Assembly (NCBI RefSeq): GCF_037042905.1
Contig: NC_087250.1
Span: 25,608,001 to 25,672,000, forward strand
Reading direction: 5' to 3'
DNA: 64,000 nucleotides
DNA from: Lytechinus pictus
Taxonomy: Eukaryota
Shown here one piece after another: positions 13,448 to 26,120 of the stretch. The notes beneath the pieces are model-generated. The model searched no databases. It worked only from the letters and a program-made list of their open reading frames with translations, and was not told where the DNA came from. A program made the translations under genes and the position numbers. The number at the start of each line of letters is the position of its first letter. Positions within the stretch are counted from its first letter, which is position 1.

Positions 13448-15774
13448 AGCATAAATAATTTTCTAGACAAATTTTCTGTACAAATTTGGTGAACCTCATG
13501 CAGCTCTACCAGATGGAAGAAAAAAAAATCAAAATCGGTCAACAAATAAAGAAGAGGCATTTTCTGTGAATAATGAATACATTTCGCATAAATTAGCATA
13601 AATAATTTTCTACTAAAAAATTCCAAAATTCTGTGTAGAAGTTCGGTTAACCTCATTAAGTTCTACCAGATGGAAGAAAAAAAAATCAAAATCGATCAAC
13701 AATTAAAAAAGAAGAAGCATTTTATGTGAATTTTAAAAAATACGCATGACTTAGCATATTTAATGAGTTTCAAAATTATGTGTAGAAGTTTTGAACCCCC
13801 CACATAATGCTATCATATAAAGCAAACAGAATTAAAATCAGACTTGAAATGACGAAGAAGAAGCATTTTGAAATTTAGTCAACAAATTAAGAAGAGGCAT
13901 TTTCTACAGATGATTTATTAATTTTGCATAAATTAGCATAAATAATTTTCTTCTCCAAATTTAAAAACTTTGTGTAGAAGTTTGGTGAACCTAATGAAGC
14001 TCTGCGAGATGGAAGGAAAACAAAATCAAAATTGGTCTACAAATAAAGAAGAAGAGGCATTATATGTGGGTTTTTTTTTAATATGCATAAATTAATTTCG
14101 CATAAGTTAGCATAAAAATTGTTCTGGTCAAAATTTAAAAAAATTATGTGTAGAAGTTTGATGAACCTCATAAAGCTCTACCAGATGAAAGCAACACAAT
14201 CAAAATCGGTCAATTAAAAAAAAAGAAGAAGCATTTTTTTGTGAATTTTGAAAAATAAATTAGCATATTTAACGAGTTTCAAAATACTGTGTAGAAGTTT
14301 TGAATTCCCCACCTAAAGCAAACAGAAAATGGAAATCGAACTTGAAACGGCGAAAAAGAAGCATTTTTAATTGTGGACGGACGACAGACGACGGACGCCA
14401 CGCCACGGCATAAGCTCATCTGGCCCTTCGGGCCGGATGAGATAAAAATAGCCAAAAAATAGTTGAAAAATATTGGTGAAGGTTGAGCGAATTCCATAAA
14501 AGATAAAGAAAGGTATTAAGCTTTATAATTTCGCAGATGTGACGTCATAAACGAGTGGGTGTCACATTTTTTAACGGCCGCAAAATGATTGTCTATTAAT
14601 AAAACGAAGTACAATAAAACCCATTTCAGATTTTCGGAGAAAATGAAATTTCCTTGGTTTTTGACGTTACGATATGCAGGAAAGTTGTGGCATATGACGT
14701 CACAAATCAAATAATTAAAATTCTAATAATTTTGTTATTCTTTGATGGATTTTTCTTTAAAAAAAATATGCCAATATTTTTCTTCCATTCTTCTGGCTAT
14801 TATTGCAATAAACTTTTGTCAAGGTCAACTTTCCTTTTAAAACTGTTAATACAGTTTGACTGTACTAGCACAGGAGTAGATCAATCACTGTAATATGTTA
14901 TATTTTCCCCCTTCAAGATATGTGCCAGGGAATCAACATATACCTTTTATGATATTTCTTTTTTTCATGCATTCTATTTATCTATTTATTTATCGTTTTA
15001 TCTATTCATATATTTATTTTATTTTCATTTATTTATTTATTTATTTATTTATTTATTATTATTATTATTATTTTTTTTTTTTTTTTTGGGGGGGGGATTC
15101 ACCAAAGCATTGTCGTAACTGAAGGGGCTACCCAGGTAAATTGAAACTGAAATAAATTCGCGATGGTTGTAATTCATTTCGTCATGCTGGTTAAAACCAG
15201 GGCTCTGTGCCAAACATTAAGTGGCCGCCAAAATACCGAAACAGACATAAACCATCCGTATACTCACAAAATTAAAAATAACCAATCACACAAAACAGAG
15301 GAAACTGAACTTCATATAAATACTTGAAAAATCGTGTTGTGTGTTTTTTCTGGAAATTAAAGCAAGTATATGAAAAGAGTAGTGCAATGTCTTATGAAAT
15401 TTCGTATGCAAAAATGTAAAATTAATAAAGTAGTCTCTATTGTGTGACTGAACGTGCAGAACATTATCTCGAAGTAAGGACATTACATTTTTCTCGCCGA
15501 AATAAAACGTTTCGAGATGTCTAAAGATCCAATATATAAGGCCATCATTTTTTTTACTAACTAGCGATATATATTACTCAATTTGTTAATTCCTGTAGCA
15601 TCTATCCAACCAATAAATAGTGAATAATAATCACGCTTGAAAAACGTTTTGTTATTCATATAACAACATTTTTAATATATGCACGAATTTGTTTTCATTT
15701 TTTTTCTTCAGATAACCAAATGTCAACTGTCTCCAGAGATGACTACGAGAGTGTGGTCCTGTCTGAGTTCCTTC
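11428..15774 (+). repeat. Segmental duplication copy B (partner 2758-7062)
   Basis: Direct near-identity to copy A at an offset of ~8670-8712. Confidence 0.97.
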
Positions 15775-16214
15775 ACCTCACTTAACCATCTCACTATCTC
15801 TGACTCATCTATCAGTTTCCCTTCATCTCTTCCTGAGCTACCATCCATCACAAATATATCAACTGAGAGAGTGACGTCACGATGCTCTGAAGGGTTGATC
15901 TCATCACTCCCTGGCTTGGTATATATCGATATCATTATCGATGAGGCAGATGGAGACATAGCCAATATCACGGCTGGTCTTCGTCGGACTGGAGGCCGGA
16001 AGCTCAAATTGATCAAACTTCAAGCACCGTTCTCACTCCCATCAGAGAAGTGTCGCGTATCTAGAGAGACAATGAGAGGACTTGGTCTGCTCATCAAGGA
16101 ACACACCAAGCACATGAAGCGTCTCATTCTGGAAAAGGTGAAGTGTACAGACGAGGATGACTTGGTTTATCTCATTGAATGCTGCAGACATGTGAAGACG
16201 ATGAACATAGTATG
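15712..16214 (+). CDS. Internal exon encoding a degenerate LRR block of an NLR-like protein (module 2)
   Basis: Acceptor TTTTTTCTTCAG at 15711 and donor ATG|gtaggt at 16215; open frame; same phase 0/2 as module 1. LRR-like SLNHLTISDS, GLVYIDI, KLKLIKL, HMKRLILEKV. Confidence 0.82.
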
Positions 16215-17087
16215 GTAGGTTCTCGCTTTAAACATCATTCGTTATTATAACTAACACACATCAATCAAAATCAGTAGTTTGATTCACAAACAGTGTTCAT
16301 AATACAGTACACTTTATTTTTATGTTATTGTATTAATGTGTCAATCCAAAGCAGTTGCTCTATTCGTGCAGTATGTGTATAAATTATTTTATGATAATTT
16401 TTGGATGTATTGAGAGAACAAAATCTAGCATTGATAGAGTCAGATTATCATTATCTTAATCCTATGTATCCTCTGTTAGAATTATTATTGAAAATAATAT
16501 GACACATCCGTAAGCACGTTAACATTACAAGAAGTCCCTCAGTAACTAATTAGCACCAGGGCTCACATTACTGTTACTTAAACTGTTAAAGCAATTGTAT
16601 ATTTCTTTTTTTATTAACATTAAAAACCACAAATGAAATGACAGATTAAAACCAGTTATCATTTCCAAATTTAAACTCAGTAGAAATATTGAATACTCGA
16701 TAAGTTGGTGTATTTTCCCCAATGGTCTCTCAATATTTCATTTCTATCATTTTCATAAAAAAGTGTATGTGTTCTTGTCTTAATCCAAATGATTCAAACT
16801 CATTTAGCTTAAAAACTATTCTCAACAATATCAAATACATGACAATTGTATTTTTTATCATTAATTTGTTAATCTCATGAGTTTGATATGACAACTAAAA
16901 TTTCACCTTCGGTGATATCAAGCTCCCTTCCTCGGTTATTCCTTTTAACTGCTTTGGAAATGGATGTAAGTACCATCCCCATCATTTTGCAGATTAACGA
17001 CAAATCCATCAGGCTGGCACATCACATGCTTTAAAATGGCATTATATTAAAAAAGATCAATAGTATATTGCGTTTTTGTTTATTATA

Positions 17088-17875
17088 CAGTGCGTATAAA
17101 AAAAAAGTTTACACTTAGAAAAAATCCTGTAAAATTATACATTTGTAATATCCTGAAGATTTTTCCACATTTTAACATTGGTACCGATCCATTTAATCAA
17201 ATGACGATATAACTGTCGAATAATATTTCCGCTTGAGTGAGCACCACTTATATTGAAAAGCTGGTGAAAAATGATTTGCGCAGAACTTTGAAATAGTTAT
17301 GCAAATAAAATTAGACCTTAATCATGAAGAACACGTGGAATTTAGCTTGTAAAATTGATTTGAAGATCTCTTTAACCTTTTTTAACTTGTTTCCTTTCCC
17401 AAAACCCTTCGAAGAGTACACTGCACCCCACCCCACTCCCCCACACACTGAGGCCATCGTGACGATATTTGCTTTACACTGAGCTATGAATTACATTAAA
17501 TAACTTAGGCTTGATTTTCTATTGTGTTAATCATTTTCAAGCTTGGGAAAAGTGTGGAGAAACAGGTATTAAATGAAACATGAAATGTAAACCCACTTTA
17601 AATGATAAAAACTTAGTGAAAAAATGCTGGAGTTGTCTGATATTAACTTTTCTTCAGATTCAGTTATGTCCTCAGATCCAGCTGGCACAAAAATGGTAAA
17701 GGTTGTGCTTACTAAGTGTTGAAATTTCAATTTGGGTGGAAAATATTGTTACAAAGTGGTTGAATGTATCCGCTTTATTTCAATTGACTGAAATTGCAAG
17801 GGAAATGTATGAGAAATGTTTCGCAAGGTAGATTTGATTTCGCCCTTTCCCTTGACACAGCGTGAAAACGAGCAT
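17088..17875 (+). mobile_element. Tc1/mariner-like MITE fragment (left end only)
   Basis: TA|CAGTGCGTATAAAAAAAAAGTTTACACTT terminus resembles the ends at 24334 and 48397. No matching right end seen; the right boundary is approximate. Confidence 0.5.
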
Positions 17876-20800
17876 TTCAATTCGAAATGATAATTTGGAG
17901 AACCATGATCTTGATATCCGTTATTGCAAACTCTCATCTATTCCAATAATGTGCAATGCGCTAACTCCAAATGGAATGATGTTTTAAACACTTTTGCATT
18001 ATCAAGTATACATTTTGATTTCCGAAGGGAAGAGTCAACAAAAAAAAACTTCAATCCAAACAAAACATTCCAATATTACAAGCATATCCACCTCAACCAT
18101 AAAAATATACCTACAAGACACGCACACATGTTGATACACACTCCCCATCTTATTTTGATTTCTTACGCCCATGGCTTTCTTTCATTAATATAGGCTTGGT
18201 CTTTGCGGGACGATGTCGAATGGTAAGGTGGTTTCTTACCTCAATCGCCTTGACACTAAATCACCCAACGATCTCCACGTGCAGGTTTACCTTGTAAGTC
18301 ACTGCTCTGTTTTTACACTGTGTCATTGCAATATTACATTATTGACACACTAGTGTCATTATTGATGGTAAAGTATGTACGTGTCAGGATAAATCGAAAG
18401 ATAACCCAACAGTGAAAGATTGAATTAATGCAATTTGAAATCTAATGTGTAGTAGTAGCTCTTCTCTGATTCATAATTCACTCAACTCTTTTTAACGAAA
18501 ATATATAGAATTTCTGATAAATTCGTGAATTGTTTCTTGAAAATTCACGAATTTATAAGGGAAAAAAAAACGTTTTTATGTGTGTCTTTGCCTAGGTTAG
18601 TTCTGTTTTAAACACGTTTTTGTTCTGTTTGCAACCGTTTGGGATTTGCCTCCGATAAGCCGAAGCTTCCACACATTTGTATTCTCTGGATTTTGTGTGA
18701 TCTTATGTATTATATGCCTTTTATCACTGTAGTTGTATGGATTTTCGTATTATGCAAACGTGAAATAAATTGAATTGAAAGCAGGCAAAATGCGTTATTT
18801 AATTTTACTTTAAATTCTTATCATACTCTGACGATGAGGAAATGAAGCATTTTTTATGAAGAAAACAAAAATCACTCAGTAAATGCCGTGAATAAGGAAG
18901 AAAAGATGTGATCGCGTTTTGATATATAATTTGCTATACATTTAATGTAAGAAAAGGTCAAAGGGGAAAGCGAGATGAAGAAAGGGAAAGGGAGAAAAGT
19001 CAGAATACGTAAATTTGGCTATTTCTTATCATAGTCGGTCAGCCCCATATATAAATATTCCCTTCATGCCAGTTAACGTTAAACCAAACCTATACCAGTA
19101 AAACGTAAGTACCAAGCGCTCCGTAATTAACATGAGGGAGGAAAATTGAAGACATAACTCGATCACAATTATGATCTGCAAATTGCATAATTGTGTTGTT
19201 ACGAACAGCAAACTTAAGGATGCTTGAATGGTGATCATGGTGATGGTATACATATTGCATTTTCTGTTTGAGTTTGTCACAACCATCGTTGTCTCACGAT
19301 GGCTTTTACTGGGCCATCTACGATGCCAAGCATGTAAATTCATAAGATGACTTTAAACAATATAAATATATAAAACAAAAAAATAGCCCGTAGCGGCCTA
19401 CGATGCCCCATAAAAAACTTAGATTGATACATCACGTGGTGTTCGTAGAAAATCTACATTATAGGCAAGAACTACAACATGCCATCGGTAAATAAACATT
19501 CGTTTGTATATAACTATGTAAATATAATATTATATGAAACAAATATAATATTACCACTCGTTACTTTTTTTACATTGATTGTCATTTCCAGTGAGAAACA
19601 ACAACTTTGGTATATTTGGGACATATGTTGTTGTTTTCGTCTTAAAATTCAGACACTGTCAGCCAAAATACTTTTCAAAATCCTTTTTTTCTCTTTTTCA
19701 CTCCTGTGAAAATTACTCAGAAAATTACATAACCCCAATGAATGACATGACTATTAAAGATTTTTAATCATGACAAGGATTATGTCATTTATTTTGTTAT
19801 ATTATAAAATACATTGATAGTTCCTGATTTGTTTTATTGTTTTCGGGCATGGAGCGCACGAGTTCTTACGTGTCTTATTTCTATTAGCTAACCAAATACC
19901 AAAACTAATCACCGCAGAAAAATGCAGTCCAAACTTATTTTTTAACTTGGTAAATGAGAAAAAATGAGCAACATTACAAAACGAAAGACATTCCTTTACC
20001 TCTTTGGGAAGAAAATAGGAAAAAGAAGGCAGAGTTGAAATAATACATAACAAAAAAGCAAGTCCCTCCTTAGACAAACATCAATAATTTCGGAACCACT
20101 GAGTGAGCTCGATATATTTTTACATGAGCATGTAGCTAATTTTATAAGCTACCATCTGAGTGAATGTTACGGGTGTACTTTATATCATGCTTTAGCATGT
20201 TTAGTAGCACTGCCAGGAGGCAAATTTTTTACTTTTTAAAAGTCACAAGCCAAATATCATGAGTTTGATTCCATTTTATCAGAACTAATTCTACATTCTC
20301 ATCACGAAAAATCGTCAGAAGGCTTGAAAAGGGTACTCCCTAAAAGACGGTACAACTTTTTGGTAAATTCCATGGTTGAATAAACACAAGTCAAAATTTG
20401 CTATAATTTGATTTTTTTACACATTTATCGATAAAAATGATCGAATATGAACAAATATTGTTTCATTTTGGAAACTGAAATTATCTTATCAACTTCGTTT
20501 CGTTATGTTCATGACAAATTAATTTGCTTCAATGATTCAAAGGTGTTTTATCAAACATTCCCGCTTGAATAAACATGTGGAATATGAATAGTTCCTTTTT
20601 GCGTTATTGGAAATAAATGTAATTGCTTACTATGGATATCTGTCACAAACCTTCTTGCATAGTTCATTTGATATGATTTTTATGGGAAATCCCTGTGCCT
20701 ATGCTAATGTGAGAAAGTTCAAGGCCTTGTTCCCACTCTGCGAGGTATCAATTATTATTTTAGTGTGCGCACCTTTTGTATAGTGTCACTGTGAACCATG

Positions 20801-22559
20801 TGCGAAGTTTCCTGAAAAAATGTGTTGGCAGAAGTAACAAAATCTGTCCTTGAAACAAACTGTTATTTCACTTTTGTTAAAATGTTGGTTTCCTCTGTCA
20901 TAGACCTTGTGTACACTATTGGTGCATATGTTCAAGAATATGTAACCCCTCATGTAATATGGTGGAACTTTCTTTCAAAGCTGTCTTTATCAGTGTCATT
21001 TGACAGTAATGTTTATCAACCTATGGGCAGAATTATGTGCAAAAATGAAATTGATTTGTTCATTTATAGATGATGAGCACGCATTAAAGAGGGAAGAAAT
21101 GATTTTCAATGTCACATAGTTATTTCGAGGGGTTATAAAATGAATAAGGGGAAAATTCTTTCCAAATGTGACCCAATTGGTGTTGGTTTATCATCCATCA
21201 TGATTATCACCACACCCTTTCTGAAGTTTTTACACTTTCACGGTTGAACGAGCACACTTGAAAACATAGAAATGAATACTCTTTATGTTGCATAAAATAA
21301 ATTCATTCCTTTCCTAATAATTTCTCTGGATCAGTAGAATTTATGGACAAATCAGTGGTGGATTCAGAATTTGAAAATGGGGAAGAGCCGAGAAATTGGG
21401 GAGGGGAGCCACTAACACTTTCAATTTTAACATGTATTTTTTTTTTTAAGTTATAGAGGATAATACCATAAAACCCTATGATGATGTGTCACAAAAAAAA
21501 ATGCCCCCTCACCATGAACAGTCGCTATCAAAATTTTGTGTGGAGTGGCTAAATGTTACATCATTAGCACCATAAAACTCACCACAAAATAAAAACATTC
21601 TCCCAACTTTGTATTTACACAATCTGATAAACTACAATTGTGACTTAAAAAGTGTCATTTTTAGAAAACCACCTACGAAATAGAAAACCACCTGTGAAAA
21701 ATTATATCTCATATTTATTTCCATTCAAAGGTTACATCATTTTGATTTAGAAGGGACTTAGTTTTCTACTTTAATTCCAATTTCTAGAAACGAAAACGAA
21801 GAATAAACCCCAGAAACGACCTTTAAGGTATTAGTCTGCAAGCACAGACCCCAATCTCTCCTGTCTGCGTGAAATGAGAGTAGAGCCAGTCACAGAACTT
21901 ATTGAATTTAGTCTAACTGCTTCAGACTCTGCATTTTGCACTCTGCAAAAAAATAACAAGTGTCTGTACCTGTGGATCACTTAAGTTCTTCCACTTAAAT
22001 ACATAAAGAATTGAAGAATCGAAAGCGAAAATGAAAATAAAAGTTTCCTTTTGTTTAGATTTTTCCCCTGTCATCGTTCCGTGAAAAATAAAAAGAGAAA
22101 ATCGGAACAAAAATAAGAAAAGGAAGCAATTATTGACCTATTTTCCACAATATTTTATATTTCACTTTTCCATTTTTACTTTAAAAAATGATTTATCTGA
22201 TCGTATAATCAAATTGTTGATTAAAATACGATGAAGAGCAATAGAGTAATAACCGGCAGACGAATAAAAGGATGCAGACAAAATGAAGAAATATTAAACA
22301 AATTAGCGATATAGGGGCGGTTGGAAAGTGAGATAAAGAGGGGCATGGACATGGGCCTGGGAATGATTTTTGATGGGCTGTATTGGAAAAAAAAAAGTAA
22401 TTTAAAAGAAGAAACATCGACATTTTGTTGCATACAAAAATGCTATGTACATGGGCTCCGAATATAAAGAGTATTACAATGAAAAGAAGGAGGTGGGAAT
22501 AACAAAAGCTATATTCTTTATATATCCGCGATATTTGATTAAAAATAACGGCAATCTGC

Positions 22560-23180
22560 AAGGTTTAAATTGCTTTGATATCAAGAGGTTCCGGGGGCTC
22601 CGCCCGGAACCCAACCGCATAGCACTGTCGTATATGTGTATGGTAGGGTTCTACAACCAAGAACAAAATAATAAAAAAACAAGGAGGAAAGGAAAGCAAA
22701 GCAAAGGGAAAATGTAGGATATGATTTCTTTACTGAATATAATGTCAAAACATATTTCAAAGTTAGATTCTTATTTTTTTATCGCTTGCTTCGCTCGCTC
22801 GGGACTTATATTAAGCAGCTTTTTAGCACATGCGCATAATGCGCCCCTCATTTTTCTTTTTACTCTTCACGCTACTGCCGCAAAGAATCCTGTTCAAAGT
22901 GGCGCACAGACCACAAAAAAGAAATGGAAAGAAAGAAGGTGATACATTATTATTCTTTTGATATCACAAAATTTGATATTTGTATTATAAATATCACAAT
23001 CAAAATATCAAAATGTTTGCTCGCGAGCGAAAGCAACTTTATTTCTTAAAGATAAAATTTGCGTGATAAGCAATATCTGGCCCTCTCAAAAATCTCGCCC
23101 CATTACGCCTGTTCATACCATGATATGACCGAGAAATTTTCGGTTCTTGCCCTCCCTGGCCACCGACCCCTGTTACGCCG
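22560..23180 (-). mobile_element. Inverted partial copy of the 762-2499 element (left end)
   Basis: CCTGGCCACCGACCCCTGTTACGCC, CATTACGCCTGTTCATACCATG and CTCTTCACGCTACTGCCGCAAAGAATCCTGTTCA are reverse complements of sequence in 765-1400. Confidence 0.85.
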
Positions 23181-23186
23181 CAGGCT

Positions 23187-23353
23187 ATACGACGGTTTGA
23201 CTGACCGCGATTTCAATGCGCGCGGTCAGTCAAACCATCGTATCGACACTAACAGACTAAGCACTGCATTGACTTTGTTCGTAAAAGCGATACGACATTT
23301 TGACTGATCGCGCGCATTGAAATCGCGGTAAGTCAAAACTTCGTATCGCTTTT
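23187..23353. repeat. Pair of ~60-70-bp palindromes that are also inverted copies of each other
   Basis: ATACGACGGTTTGACTGACCGCG...CGCGGTCAGTCAAACCATCGTAT and AAAAGCGATACGACATTTTGACTGATCGCG...CGCGGTAAGTCAAAACTTCGTATCGCTTTT. Confidence 0.85.
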
Positions 23354-24229
23354 TCCCTATGGCCTTTTTGTACAGGGAAAATCTAAAACGCCGCCCAAAT
23401 CGAAATTAGCATGTAGCTTTTTTGCGATATTTTTATCGAATCCTATAGTTGTTCTTAAAAATAAAGATACCAATGCCAAGCAATTTTCTTGGTCTTTCTA
23501 ACCATGTATTTTTTTAGCAATGAATATGTTGTAAGGCTCGGGAATTAAGTGTGAAAATTATAGTGAAGTTTAGTGTCGATTTTCTCTGAAATTGGTTTGC
23601 ACCGTCGTATGTGTGATAGGATGGTTCGGATGACTGCCGACGAATTATCAAAACCAATGCACTAAAGAAAATTACCCTCCGTAATTGTTAAGGTAAAATA
23701 TATATTCAATATGCGACATTTCTTTGTTTAATTACTAGATAATGTGTTATCAATTCTAAATGTTGGATATCTTGGTGGCATTTATATTGTTTTCTGTCTT
23801 GTTTTAGGGTTATAGAAAGGATTTAGACGCATATGTACCTCGTTTCCCACAATGATTGAACGATGAGCATGATGAGGGTAAAGCTGACTTCTACGTGTGC
23901 TATTAGCAGATCGTATCGTATCGTACCACGCTATGGAATGGAATAAACGATGAGAACATAAGAACCCATATGGTGAAGTAACTCTGCTATGTTCCACACC
24001 GGACCTTGAATATTATGCTCATATTCAAGCTTGTAAATATAATAGGTATACGATATACATGTAATATTTATTTATTTATTCATGTTTTATTTACAACAAA
24101 CTGATAAAATAAGGTGGGCGGTAGTTCGGTTCAGTTATAAAACGAAGCCCTTCCCCTTTACAAACATAACATGGAACGTAAACATGATAATGTATACATA
24201 AATACAAGTGAAAATTAACATAAAAATTC

Positions 24230-26120
24230 ATTTATATATCATATTTTCAAACAGGTAGTCAGTAATTTCTGTAAGGCACATGGCTTTGGAATTGAGTGGT
24301 CTGAATCCGGATTGACGTTCCGATAATAAACTACAGTGCGCCCCCAAAAAACTATACACTTTTGAAATGGCTGCCAAATAAAAAATGTAGCACTTTGGGG
24401 GAAAAGACATATAGATATGGAAAGCCAATAAAGTCAACTTTCAAATTACAGCAAAACGTTGGAAAACTATTCATGCTTGAGCGAGCCCTGCCCACTGAAA
24501 CAAAGGATATGAAAATTAGGGTGGGCCGGAATTAGCCTTCCAATTTCTTTCAGGTTTTTTTTTGTTTGGTACTTGCAAAGTTGAGGGTTATTTGGTGAAT
24601 TAAAGATCAGTTGTGATCAGTTTGTTGTTTGTGAAAATTTAATGCATTATTGAATTTAAAAAAAGCATGAATGATCATGAATTGCAAATTATAGTGCAGC
24701 ATTTTGTCTTTATCATGTGGATCTCAACAATGTGTTCATGAGAGTCAGGAGAAGAGGGATAATAGCTCTATGATATGACTCAGGTAGGTGAAGTACGTTG
24801 ATGGGATAAAGGTCAACAGAACATTTATCAACCCCTCTCTCCATCTCAACCCCACCCCCTCCCCACCCCCGCTTCTCTCCTCCTGAGAGATTAAGCTCGG
24901 CTAGGCTGGGCAGGAATTAGCCTTACAGTTTTTTGAGTGGTTAGCCCTTTGGAACTTACAAAGCTAAGGGTGTTAAGCTAATGAGTGAGATAAGTTTTTG
25001 TTTCTTAGGCAAATTTCCACGAGTCACTAAATTGAAATTTAATGCATGAGTGAACAGGAATTGTAAGGTGGACCTCAGAAGTGTGTTCGTGAGAGTCAGA
25101 GTAATGTGATGGTACATGTTACAAGCAAGAGGGCGAGATATGCAAAGACTTGATTAAAAGGACATTCCTCTTCTTTTTGTCCTTTTACAAATTAAAAGTC
25201 ATAGGTACCTTCCCCTCTCCACCTCCATTTCCCAGCCCCCCCCCCTCTCTCTCTCGCTCTCTCTCACTTCCTGGATTGTAGCCTATTTAAAACTTAACTG
25301 CCAAGTGACCGGTGGCTGAGGGTCAGTTTTATTTATTGAATCATTACCAAGAAATTTAATGGGTATGATGATTAATGGAATAATTTATTGAAGAAAATGA
25401 ATGTTTGATTGGTCATATTGTACATTGAATGAGTTGATGTACTAATAAATTGTTGATTAAATTATTGATAGGAAAAAGTTGATGCCCGAATTCAAAATTT
25501 ATCATTATAATCAAGATTCTGCTCTGGACTTCACGCGTACATGACATAGCCACCAGTCTCTCAACAGGAGGGGATGGCGGGAAAGAGGGAGGGGGCGGGA
25601 CTCAATGTTCTGTTGATCCTTATTCTATCAACCTGCTTCTCCCACTTATTAAAGTCCTATCTCACCCCCTATTCTCCCGACTCCCATGAACACATTGCTG
25701 AGATCCACATGATAAAGTTGCAATGCTGCCCAAAAAGTGTAATTCATGTTCACTCATGCATTAAAGTTGAATTTAATAATTTATTGAATTTGCTTAAGCA
25801 ACCAAAACTGGTCACGGTTGATCATTAATTTATCACAACGCCCTTAACTTTGCAAGTTCAAAAGGATTCGCCTCTCAAAAACTGATATAAATTGGAAGGC
25901 TAATTCCAGCCCACCCTAATTTTCACACCCTTTGTTTCAGTGGGCAGTGCTCACTCAAGCATGAATAGTATTCCAACTTTTTGATGTCACTTGAAAGTTG
26001 ACTTTTTCCTCAAAGTGCTACAATTTTTAATTGGCAGCCATTTCGAAAGTGTATAGTTTTTTTTGGACGCACTGTATTTTGGTTAAGATACGGATACATT
26101 TGTTTGTGTACTGCTTTTTT
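24230..26120 (-). pseudogene. CR1/L2-type LINE RT relic split by a Tc1/mariner MITE
   Basis: Removing 24334-26074 plus one TA restores KAVHKQMYPYLNQNSLLSERQSGFRPLNSKAMCLTEITDYLFENM, which carries the QSGFR motif. Confidence 0.8.
24334..26074. mobile_element. Complete non-autonomous Tc1/mariner-like element with ~500-bp TIRs
   Basis: TA|CAGTGCG...CACTTTTGAAATGGCTGCCAA and TTGGCAGCCATTTCGAAAGTG...CGCACTG|TA. Inverted similarity extends ~24334-24850 vs ~25570-26074; no transposase ORF. Confidence 0.9.

Larger units (their letters stand above)
8531..14448 (+). mobile_element. HINE (non-autonomous Helentron) with ~160-bp tandem repeats, interrupted by a LINE
   Basis: Subterminal AGCTCATCCGGC (8554-8565) is the inverted complement of the terminal hairpin arm (14413-14443). 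The repeat array continues on both sides of the LINE. Confidence 0.75.
8499..14836. mobile_element. TTAA-target MITE (Kolobok/piggyBac-like), split by HINE and LINE insertions
   Basis: Left end CTAA|AGGGGAAGTTTACCCTGA; right end TCAAGGTCAACTTTCCTT|TTAA. The right part is also present at ~5770-6157. Confidence 0.6.

Noticed and set aside
21831..21930. Well-conserved block shared with 37850-37950 as a candidate ncRNA or exon
   Set aside because: Ends TAGTCTGCAAGCA...TGCTTCAGACT look like a small MITE that predates the duplication.
23860..23890. C/D snoRNA-like ATGATGA...CTGA, conserved at ~38830
   Set aside because: The boxes are only 8 nt apart with no terminal stem; conservation is explained by the old duplication.
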